Below are positions 45,938 through 55,755 of a DNA stretch of 64,000 nt, one piece after another. Numbering within the stretch: position 1 is the first letter of the stretch; the number at the start of each line of letters is the position of its first letter. This stretch comes from Blastocladiella emersonii ATCC 22665 (taxonomy: Eukaryota; Fungi; Blastocladiomycota), in assembly GCA_025594325.1 (NCBI GenBank), contig JANHCV010000012.1, positions 620,001 to 684,000 of the forward strand, read 5' to 3'. The notes beneath the pieces were generated by a model. It made no database searches and had not been told where the DNA came from. It saw nothing but the letters and a program-made list of their open reading frames with translations. The position numbers and the translations under genes were made by a program.

Positions 45938-46566
45938 GCAGCTCAAGCGTGTTGCCCCGATTTGGGCTGCTGGGAGCCTTGAACACGGGGACGCGCGCGA
46001 TCGCGAAGGCAAAAAGGAACGAGGGTGCTTTCTGTGAAATTTGGCATGAATTTGAATAGTTCGATGTTAGACAAGAGTAGTAGTTCTAGAGCTTCAGATC
46101 TCGCGAGAGTGCAACTGTTCCCTCTCCGCGTGCGTAGCGGCCCCACGCCAGCTTGCTGTCCAAGGGTTAACACCAAACAATGCTTCAACAAGCTTAGGTT
46201 CAGGCTGCCAACCGTGATGAGAGTTTGCTCATACATTTTGTGTTGTATCGCGCGGATAGAGGAGAAATTTGCGAAGGACGTAGGGCAGGCGGGGAAGGTT
46301 GACGACCTATCGCGTCTCGCTCCAGCGGCTTTGGTCAGTACAGAACGCTTCGCAAGCGCCACTCTGGCATATTTTCTCGTTCGGGTCGACAATTGACGCG
46401 AAGCAGCAGAGCGCGTAGCAAGCAGTGGCGAGTGCGAGACAGAGACGCGTCGGGATATCATGTGAGGCGACGTGAGTGGCGCCATGTACCGTTTCGTTTC
46501 AGGAGGCGGCGGTGCTGAAAGGGTGGCGCTCGCGAGCAACGACGCGCTCCCCTGTCAACCACTACC

Positions 46567-48081
46567 ATGAAGCGAAAACCGGCTACCATGAAGCAAAACT
46601 CGATGCAACCGATCCGTCGGAGTAACCGAGGACCTCCCAAGCTTACGCTGTGCGACCTCCCGATCGACGTCCTCGCCGCAGTCCTCCAGCTTGCAAAGCC
46701 GCGCGAGAATGTGGCCGCGGCATCGCGCGAGCTTCATAACGCTTCTGCTCACCGCAGCGTGACGTATAACTGGAACCTCCCTCGCTTTACGCCATGGCTC
46801 CGCACCGCGCTCCGCCGCTGCGATTATTACGGCAAGTACCCGACCAATGACTTTGCCGAGTATATTCTCCACATTGGGCGACCGCGCTCGCCGTTTCAGC
46901 CCAACCGCAGTTTTCTGCACGCCACCTCTGATATCTTCCTTGGCGCATTGCAACCCGTCCGCCTTGAATGCGGGTTTGACCCTGCTCAGCTCGCTGCTCT
47001 TGTCGAATTTCCCGAATACGAGGGCGGCGAATCGGACACGAACAGCAGCAGCGACGACAGCTCTGACTACTCCGACAGCGACGACGAGGACAGATATTTT
47101 AAAGATGATCCTGCGTTTCGCCGCAAGACTCCCCCGTCGTGCCTCAAGCCTCCCGTTCTCGCGCACTTTCAACTTCTCTTTGTCGTCTTGATGCAGAGCG
47201 ACAAGGCCTTGATCCGCTCGGTGCTCCGCGACACGGTTCAGCGAGTACCGGAGCTGCTCAACATCGTTCGCCAGGATTGGTTTGACCTCTCTCCGCAAGT
47301 GGACGGAATTCGACGCAGTCGCAACCAGGCCAAGCTTATGCTCATCGACCCGTTGAGCATGCTCGATTACTTGGCGCTTCGGGCCATGTTCTCTTGGAAC
47401 GTGACGTTCCTCGAGACGGCTGCCAGCTTGGGCCTTGTCATGAACGTTCCTGCTATTCTCGTGGTTTGCGTAGATGGCGGCCTTGGGCATCGCCTGTTAA
47501 CGTACAACTTCCAAAATTCTCCTGCAAACCCCGCCGACGCCCCACGCGCTCTTGACTGGCTCTCCAGCTTTGCGCCGACGATCCTGCGCTACATGTTCAA
47601 GTCTGGCCTCCACGAAACATTTCTCGACTATCAACACTTTGATGGAGCGCTTATTCACGTTCTCGCGGTTCACCGAAACGATTTTTTGGACACTGTGAGT
47701 TTCACGGACTCCAAACTTGCGCAGCTGATTGTATTTGCTTGTCGCAATGGCCTTGGTTTGGAACTGTTCCACAGAGCAGAGTCGGAGGGCATGATCACGA
47801 CGCGGACGCTTTCCTTGATTCTTCAGCATGCGCTCGACAGGCGCCTCGATCCGCGGCTGCACGACCTTTTCCGGGTAGTTTCAGCACGGCTTGGGTCGAT
47901 TGCTTCCCATCGCCAAGCTCCCTCCTCCATCGCTCCTGCCCTCCGTCACTTCATTGTCTGCATTTGTATCGTTAATGTTTACCCTCCGTTGATGTGCCCC
48001 CTCGCCTCGCCTCGGCTCCGCATCCCCCGCTTGGGTCTGGACGTGGTATCTGTCGCAGCCTTGCTGCAATACGCAACTTGA
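46567..48081 (+). CDS. F-box protein paralog C, open but lacking the exon-2 half present in A and B
   Basis: LTLCDLPIDVLAAVLQLAKPRENVAAASREL F-box-like motif. Homology to A and B is lost after SARLGS. Confidence 0.65.
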   Translation: MKRKPATMKQNSMQPIRRSNRGPPKLTLCDLPIDVLAAVLQLAKPRENVAAASRELHNASAHRSVTYNWNLPRFTPWLRTALRRCDYYGKYPTNDFAEYILHIGRPRSPFQPNRSFLHATSDIFLGALQPVRLECGFDPAQLAALVEFPEYEGGESDTNSSSDDSSDYSDSDDEDRYFKDDPAFRRKTPPSCLKPPVLAHFQLLFVVLMQSDKALIRSVLRDTVQRVPELLNIVRQDWFDLSPQVDGIRRSRNQAKLMLIDPLSMLDYLALRAMFSWNVTFLETAASLGLVMNVPAILVVCVDGGLGHRLLTYNFQNSPANPADAPRALDWLSSFAPTILRYMFKSGLHETFLDYQHFDGALIHVLAVHRNDFLDTVSFTDSKLAQLIVFACRNGLGLELFHRAESEGMITTRTLSLILQHALDRRLDPRLHDLFRVVSARLGSIASHRQAPSSIAPALRHFIVCICIVNVYPPLMCPLASPRLRIPRLGLDVVSVAALLQYAT

Positions 48082-48315
48082 GATGCGGCGACGCGCCTGA
48101 TTTGCTGCTACCACTCACCGCTTCCGCGCTTTCTGGCATCTTGATTGCATCGCTGCTGTGAGATCATGCACAGGACTGCGGCTCATTGAATGGGGCGTAT
48201 ATTACACGCGAATGCGAGACAGGAATGCAAAACTTGATCAGAACATGTTGGTCGACGACGTCGTCGTCGCTTGCTTGGTCACAGAAAACCGTCAATGGTG
48301 CTATGTCGGGCGGGC

Positions 48316-48640
48316 CTAACTCGATGCAAGGCGAGCCTTGCCAGCAACCGTGACGCGGGTGCGATTTAGATCCACAGCTGCCAGCGCAGGCAGGACTCGA
48401 GCTTGGAGAAGCTCAACGGTGCTGTCGTCAACGACCGTGTTCCCAGAGAGATCAAGAGATACGAGCGACTTGGGTAGAGCGGAAGTCAGCCGCTCCATGG
48501 TGTCCGTGTCAAACCAGTGCGATCGGAGCGATAGAGAGGTGAGCGAGGTCGCGCGCTGGAGCCACGATACTAAAGCGTTGATCTCTGACCATTCCATTTC
48601 GCGATGGTGCAGGAAAAGCGTCTGACGTGGCGCGAAGATT
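48316..48640 (-). pseudogene. RNI-like LRR C-terminal fragment
   Basis: SLTSLSLRSHWF, LPKSLVSLDLSGNTVVDD, LAAVDLNRTRVTVAG. No credible N-terminal domain. Confidence 0.6.
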
Positions 48641-50164
48641 CGATGTCTGTTTCGTGGGAGTGGTTTATCTGGGAGCAGGAAGGCGACACGAACGAGTTCG
48701 CGTCGATCCTCGCGACGCGGCGAACGGTGCCACGCGCGGATCATGCGCGCCTCACATGATTTCGCGACGCGTCTCGCATCATGTCGACCCCCCTCTGTTC
48801 TCGCCAATTCCTCGTGTTCAACTTGTTGAACCGGCTCGAGAAAGCGATCAGTCTCTCGTCACCAGCCAGACCTGCGCCAACGCGGACGCACGTTGTACCT
48901 TCCCGCCTTCGCTCATCCGTCACGCTCTTGGAAAGCAGTGTGATGACCGGCGGCATTTCTTCAAACCCGGTCCTTGGCTAGGGGGTCGCGGAAGTCGTAG
49001 GTGCGACGTATCCGCGTCGTAGAGCCACGGGAAAGTTATTGAGGTCACGAGGTACCTGTACAGCCATGGTCGAAAAGGTTGGTCAGTCTCGCTGTCAGTG
49101 AAGGGATCCCCACGAGGACGCGTTCATGAGGCTAACATATTGCTCTCTCACGCTGAAGGGCGTTGGCGGAAGCGAAGGATCCGTAGCGGGACACGATCGC
49201 ATGGTTATCGACGACAGAAAGAAACATTTGTCTAGCTGGTGAAGAACCTTAAGAGAGACAGAAAGTAGCAACATGTCCAAGCGATCGCAAGGAACAGGCT
49301 TTCATGCACAAGGTCAGCGATGAACCGAACATTTTCTTACGTCATCGAAGTACTAAGAGAGCTGGGTTAAAGCAAGGGTTATCATCAATCCAAGTGGCAC
49401 GAGCGCGCTAGACGCGGCACAGAAAGGTAGCAAGAAGATGCGACGCGAGGGGGGAAGCTCGGTGATCAGGACACAACTGTTGTCTACTCGAAGGTATGCG
49501 ATTGTACGTCGCGTTCAGTCCGCCCGACGCTGTGTAGAATCATCAGTTCGAGCGGGTGGGAGTGGAGGGTGGGGATGAGGGGGTGCGAAAGTAGCAGAAG
49601 AGGGAAAGGGGTGTTCTTTCGTCCTCTTCCAAGGCTGAAACTATTTTTTGAACGTGAATCTTCACCGTGAAACGTCAGGAAGCCGTCTAACCATTGGACT
49701 GGGGGTGCGGGTGTCGAGGAGAGGGGAGGGAGGCGAAGGGAAGCGAGGTGTGTGCAGGGGGGGGGGGCGGCGTGTGAGAACGTGTGCGAGGACGGCGGGC
49801 GAGCGAGCGTCGTCGATGTTGGTCAAAGTAGCAACTCGATCGGGCGAGTGGTCGAGAGGTCGATGTCGTCGGTGCTCGAAGTGTCGGTGGTGGCGATGAA
49901 GGCCGTGGTCGGTGGTGATCCTGATCCTCCAGGGGGCAAAGATTCAACAAATTTAAGGGCGTGCCAGCACGGCCGCGAGCAGAGAGCGGGGCGGCGGCGG
50001 AAGCGAGTGCGGTCGACGTCACGCGATCCCACGCGACCCGTTGCCACCCGCTCGGTCACGCGGCGTGAGACGTTTTTCGCGAGCCGCGTTTATCGCGCGA
50101 CGCGTCCCTTCACTTTCCTTCAGTCTTAACCCCTTGCAACCATGCATCCACGCTGAACCCAACC

Positions 50165-53100
50165 ATGTCAACCAGCAACGCGCTCCTGCCGCCCGGGACG
50201 GCGGGGCTCCCCACCTCGCCGTCCACGGAGCGGCCGGGGACCATCGTGTCCGAGGTGGCCTCGCTGCTCCCGCCGACGACCAGCGTGGTCAAGAAGTCCG
50301 GGTTCGTCGAGCGGTTCCAGTGGGAGAGCCTGCCGCTCGCGCTGCTCATCAAGCTGCTGATTGGCGGGCTGTCGTGGGTCACGGTCGCCGCCAACATGTC
50401 CGTCATCCAGCAGGCGAACCGCTTCGTCACGATCCTCGTGTCGTCCGGGTGCGCGTTCCTGATCGTCGCGCTGCTCTACGTCGTCGAGGTCCACACGATG
50501 CACGGTACTAATGACCGGTTGACGTTGTTGCAGCAAGTGCAGAACTGACGCGAGCGCACCCGCCCGTCTACCAGAGCACATCCGCGCCACCGAGGAGAAG
50601 CGGCTCAAGGAGATCGAGGACAAGCGCAAGGCCGAGGAGCGTGCCAAGGCGATGCAGCCCGCGCAGCCGGCGCCTCCCGCTGCAGGGCAACCCGCTCAAC
50701 CGGACCAGCGCTCGACCAACGGCGGCGCCGGCGGCGGCATGTCCGACTCGCGCTCGATGTTGTCTGACTACGAGTCGGCGCAGACGCGCTCGATGCGCCA
50801 GATCCACACGCAAAACGCGTCGTTCGTCAGCACCATGACGGGCGGCGGCATGATGATGATGGCGGCCGCTGACTACTCGGCGACGCCCGTGCAGCCGCCA
50901 ACGGTCCCGACGCCCAGCCCGCACACGTCGGTCCCGAGCCCGCACGCGTCCGCGCAGTACCTCGGCGGCAACGCGGCGCCGAACGGGCTCCTGTCGCTGC
51001 GCCGCACCAACTCGCCCATGAGCATGACGACGGACGCAGTCCCCGCGCTCGCGGCCGACCCGCCGCACCTGAGCAACCCGCGCTCGCTCGCGCTACCGTT
51101 GGCCGGCGAGGTTCAGGCGACGTCGAGCCCGAACATGCACACGGCGGCCGCGCTCTCGTCGCCCGTACCCGCGCGCGGCGGGTCGGACGGCGACCGACTT
51201 CTGGGTCCCGCGTCGGCCGCGGGGATCGGGCTGTCAACGGCGCGCTCGGCGCCGTTCATCGACGCGTCGACGCTGCAGGCCGCAGCGCACACGGGCGCGC
51301 CGCTAACTGGGTCCGGCACGCACGCGACGGGCACGCCGCGGTCGTCGGCGAGCATCCGCGGGCCGAACGGCGAGGAGGTCGATATTCCGACGCACGAGTC
51401 GACCAAGGACTCGACGCGCCGACTCACGCGCCACGGGACCCCGGTCGGCGTCGCGGCGAACGGGATGTCGACCATCTCGATCGGAACGGAGTCGAGCCTG
51501 TCGATGCGCCCGTCGGGATCAAGCGTCGCCGAGCCGCAGTACCTCGAGAGCAACTTCTCGCTGCTCGCGCCACCGTGCTCGCCGTCGTCGGGGTCGAGCG
51601 TCGCGCAGATCCTGCGCATCTCGAGCTCGACATCGAGCGCGAGCGTCGCGGTCGGCGGCGGGCACCACTCGCCGTCCCCGCCGCCCAGCGTCGGCACGCC
51701 TAGCCAGCCGCCGAGCCTGTCGCAGCTTGTCGCGCCGTCCGTCACGCCTGTGTCGTCGACGTCGCTCGCCTCAGGCTCGACCATGGTGGTTGTCGTCAAC
51801 GGCGGGCCCGCCGCGACGCCGCCAAGCGGGACGGGTTCGTCCGGGTCGGGCTCCGCGTTCGCCAGCGCGTCGTCGACCGCTCACGCGCCCGGCGGCCCGT
51901 CGCCGAGCGGGATCGGCCAGTTTGCCGGCACGTTGGGCTCAACGCGGGTCGGGTCGAGCGACTCGACGTCATCGACGCACGCGCTGCACATCATCCCCGC
52001 CGGGTACCCCGTGGCGCCGCCGGGCGGCGGGAACGCGCGCGCGATCGGGTCGACCATGAGCTCGCCCGCGCTCGCCAACCTCATCTCGATGCCGACCGCC
52101 TCGTCAACCGTGGGCATGGGCGGCTCGTCGTCCGAAGTTTCGAGCGGCCAGCCTTCATCGAGCAGCTCGAGCGGCGGTGGCGGTGGCGGGACGGGCCAGA
52201 CGAACCCACCGCTGTCGGGCCGCAAGTACACCCTGTCGCCCGGTCTCCTTCTGCGCCTGCCGACGTTCCTGTCGCCGATCCCGTCGTCGGGCGCGTCGGC
52301 CGAGACGATCCGCAGCATGTCGCCGAACGGCGGGTCCGAGATGAACGTCGACCACCCGCACCCGCCGTCGCCGCTGTCGCACACGACGCACTCGCACCAC
52401 CGCGGCAGCAGCGGTGGCGGCGGGCACCCAGGCATGTCGAACGCGACGCCCGCCGAGATCGCCGCGGTCGTCGCCGCCGCGACATCAGCCGCCGTGACCC
52501 GCGCGTCAGTTGACCGCGGCCGCCGCGCCAGCTTCTCGAGCGCCATGTCGACGGGCTCGTCGTCGAGCGGGACGTCCGGGTCGAACCCGGCGAATGGCGG
52601 CGGCGAGGTCGTTGTCGGGACCCCGCTCGCCGCGATCCATGTGCCCATGGGGATCACGGCGGGCGTGACGGTCGCCATGTCGCCGCGCGCCGTGACGCCC
52701 GAGACGGTGCCGCCGCGGCCCAAGTCGTCGTCGGCCGATGCGGCGCAGTCGGCGGGCGCGGGGCTCGTGCTGGGTCCGGCGACGCGCCACGCGAGCGCGA
52801 GCGAGACGGACCTGCAGATGTCCCGGTTCGCGCGCGAGGTCGCGGCCAAGCTGTCGCTGCTGGCGAGCCGCCGCGCGGATAACGATTCCGAGTCGTCGTC
52901 CGACTCGTCGGCGGGCGAGTCGATCCACGGCGCGGCGTCGGCGACATCCACGGCTGCGAAATCGGGCGGCGGGTTCCTCGACGCGGCGGCGCTGCTGGCG
53001 GGCAATGCGAGCGGGAGCCAGAATAGCGTGATGCAGTCGGCCGTGTTCGAGCAGACGCTCGTGGCCGAGGCCGCGGCCAAGCAGGGGTACACGTCGTCGT

Positions 53101-53867
53101 CCGAGTACCACCACAACCCGCACCCGCTCCTCAATCCGTCGCCCGGCTCCAACGGCGACGCGGGCGGCGGCGGTGCGCACGAGCTTCCGACGATCCCGAG
53201 CACGGACGCTGACACCGACGAGTCGCGCGTCGCGTCGACCTTGTCGTCTTCGTCCTCGCTCGACCAGCCCGTTTCATCGGCGCTGACCCGCCCCCACACC
53301 ACGACGCCGCGCGTCTCCTCACCGCACCCGGCGCGCGCCTCCGGGATGCACGCGAGCACAGGTACCGTGGCGGTCGTACGGCTCGGCAGCGGCAACATCT
53401 CGCCGCCGCGCCCGTCCGCAGCGCACTACCACGGGAGCAACCTGCAGGTCCACGCAGCCGCCGCCGCGGCCGCCGCGACGGCGGGCGGCAACGCGCTGGG
53501 CGTCGCGGACGCTGGCCGCGCGCGATCTTCGGTCAGCATCATCGTGCGCGACGCGGACGGCGACGTGGTCCCGGGCAGCACCAACGGGTCGCAGTCGTAC
53601 CTGCCCGCGCCCGAGGAGGCGGGCGTGTCGGTTTCGGCGGGCGATCTGCGCCGCACGGGTGGGCCGGCGTCCCGCAGTGTTCCGCGCGGACCGTCGTCGC
53701 GACAGCGCGTGCTGGACATTGGTAGCAGCGGCGACGGGAACGATAGCGGGTCGTCGAGCGGGAGCAGCAGCGGGGACGAGGGCCGACCGTCGCCGCCGCA
53801 CGCGGCGGGGTCGCAGACGCAGCCCCGCACGCAGCCGAAGCGGCGTGGGCGGCTTGTGTCGAACTGA
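50165..53867 (+). CDS. Two-TM membrane protein with a coiled coil and a ~1,070-aa Ser/Gly/Ala-rich disordered tail (intron 50505-50574)
   Basis: A phase-1 GTACTA...CCAG intron joins ORF 50165 to ORF 50652 in frame. Two hydrophobic helices, then EEKRLKEIEDKRKAEE. Confidence 0.75.
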
Positions 53868-54039
53868 GTGAAACTATGAGACTATATCAACTTAGACACT
53901 GGGCATGGGGTGTTGAGCGATCAGTCGAGTTCAGATTGCGACCATGATGGTCCTGAGCAAGGCCGCGATGACCACGGTGGACGTGCTGGACAAAGTGAGT
54001 ATATTTTGGGCTCCGACGCTCCTAAACGAAACGGTCCGT

Positions 54040-54500
54040 TCAAGCAAACGACTGGAACAGCTCGATCGAGCAGCTGGTGCGGTCAACGATGGACACCAGT
54101 GCAGCGATCAGCGCAGCGTCCACGTTTGGCGCGAGCGAGACCATGTACCTGCTGGCGCCTGAGCGGAACCGCGTCTCGCGGAGCGCGGTGGCGACGTACT
54201 GCCCCTTGCGGCCCGTGCGCGGTACGCCATAGAAGAAGTACACGTCCTTCTTGGACATGTAGAACTCGACGAACATGCCTTCGAACCCGGGGCGGTCCGC
54301 ACGAGTTCCCGTGTCACGCGACGACTTCGAGCGCCGTAGCCCCGCTGGCATCAAAGATCTTGAAGCTCTCGTGGAAAGTATACTTGTTCGGGAGGAAGGT
54401 CGAGACGAAGGCCGTTGTCCCGGTCGACGGGTTGGTGGCCGTGATGGGGAGCACGGTCTTGACCGATTCGTCGCAGTCGAAGACCAGGAGCTCCTTACCC
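54040..54500 (-). pseudogene. LURP-one/Tubby-C-like protein, 5'-truncated and disrupted
   Basis: C-terminal RYMVSLAPNVDAALIAALVSIVD is typical of the LURP-one family. An internal TGA and a frameshift lie upstream. Confidence 0.55.
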
Positions 54501-54987
54501 GACTATGCTAGCTCGTTGCGGTGTCAAGGGCCTCGTACCGCAGACGTTCAGTGACTTCAACGGTGGAGAGCAGCGGGTGCAAGATCGAGGGCTAGAGCCC
54601 TAACGAGGGCTAAAGCCCTCTTTTTAGTCGAGGGCTAAAGCCCTCTTTCTAGACCGGGTCGCGGCCGGATAGGGTGCCGACGCACACGTGAGCATGTCGC
54701 CCTCTCGTCATGTGAATGTCCTCAAAACGCGTGACAGACGCGTCGTTTGTCATCTGACCGCTGTGGCGCAACGCGTCCTGGCTGCACACGTGACGTGCTT
54801 CGGCCCAACCCGCGGATGGGTGGGGTTCGGCTGGTCGCGCAACGCGCGTTGTTCGACGCGCGGTGCGCTTTGCACCGACTTGCGCGGGAAGATCAGATCG
54901 TGGGAAAGCGAAAAGTGTCTCTTTGAGCGAAAGGAAACATGAGTATGCGCGAGGGGAATGAACAAAGTCGGGGCGGGAACGAGTGTA

Positions 54988-55755
54988 TCAGGTCGACGAG
55001 GACAGGCGGCCGCTGCGGCGCCGCTTGGGCTGCGCCTCGTGCTCGTCGTTGACGAAGCACTCCTCGTGCTCCTCCTCGGCGGCCGCGGCGGCGGTCGCCG
55101 CCGTGCGCTTCGTCGCGTTGGCGGTAGACGTCGGGACACCGGCTTGGTCGTCACCGATGGCGGCGGGCGTGCACGCCGCGAGCGCCGCGGTTGTCGGAGC
55201 CGCAGCTGCGGCCGCGTCGTCCATGTCGCACCCGACCGACACGGAGTTCGAGTCCGGCACCCCCACGACGATCTTGTCGATGCTGCCGATCGCGATGAAC
55301 GAGTGCGTCCAACTGGGGTCCGCGCAGCTCGGGAAGCCGCCGTACTTCTTGGTGCCGGTGTTCATGCCGCCGGCGTTCTTGGTGTTGGCGGGCGAGTTGA
55401 TGGCGGGCGACACAACAGCCGGCGGATGGATCGCGTGCTCCTGCGTCACGGGCGCCGCGGCGGGCGAGACGACGGCGGCCGAGATGTCGACGGGCTGCTG
55501 GATCGTGAGCTGCTGCGCCGCGGGTTCCGCGGCAATCGAGGCGGCGGCCTGCTGCACACCGTGACCAGCGGCGCCCGATGCGACGCCGTTTGCCGCGGCG
55601 CGGGCGGCCTGGTGCGCGGCGAGGTTGTTGACAAGGTTCTCGCGGCCGTCGCGCTTGCACTCGTGGCCCTTCATCGTGCGCGGCACGCCTGCCGAGGTGA
55701 AGGCCTCGTCGCCGGGGAAGCCCGGGTCGTCGTCGGATTCCGACGAGTCCGACAT
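54988..55755 (-). CDS. Element-borne Ala-rich orphan protein with a C-terminal NLS-like motif (PKRRR)
   Basis: Codon pattern is coding-like on the minus strand (GAC GAC GAC CCG GGC TTC...), with ATG at 55755 and TGA at 54988. Confidence 0.6.
   Translation of the reverse strand: MSDSSESDDDPGFPGDEAFTSAGVPRTMKGHECKRDGRENLVNNLAAHQAARAAANGVASGAAGHGVQQAAASIAAEPAAQQLTIQQPVDISAAVVSPAAAPVTQEHAIHPPAVVSPAINSPANTKNAGGMNTGTKKYGGFPSCADPSWTHSFIAIGSIDKIVVGVPDSNSVSVGCDMDDAAAAAAPTTAALAACTPAAIGDDQAGVPTSTANATKRTAATAAAAAEEEHEECFVNDEHEAQPKRRRSGRLSSST

Noticed and set aside
7923-48081. RIP-like hypermutation of the duplicated families
   Set aside because: Only a few transition stops were seen, paralogs remain CpG/CpA-rich, and the 2.7-kb arms show no visible mutation. 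A formal dinucleotide index would be needed.
48990-49650. Coding remnant in the A/T-richer stretch
   Set aside because: No recognisable motif in any frame.
54584-54645. CRISPR-like array
   Set aside because: Only three ~17-nt repeats with spacers of a few nt, no cas genes, and a eukaryotic context.
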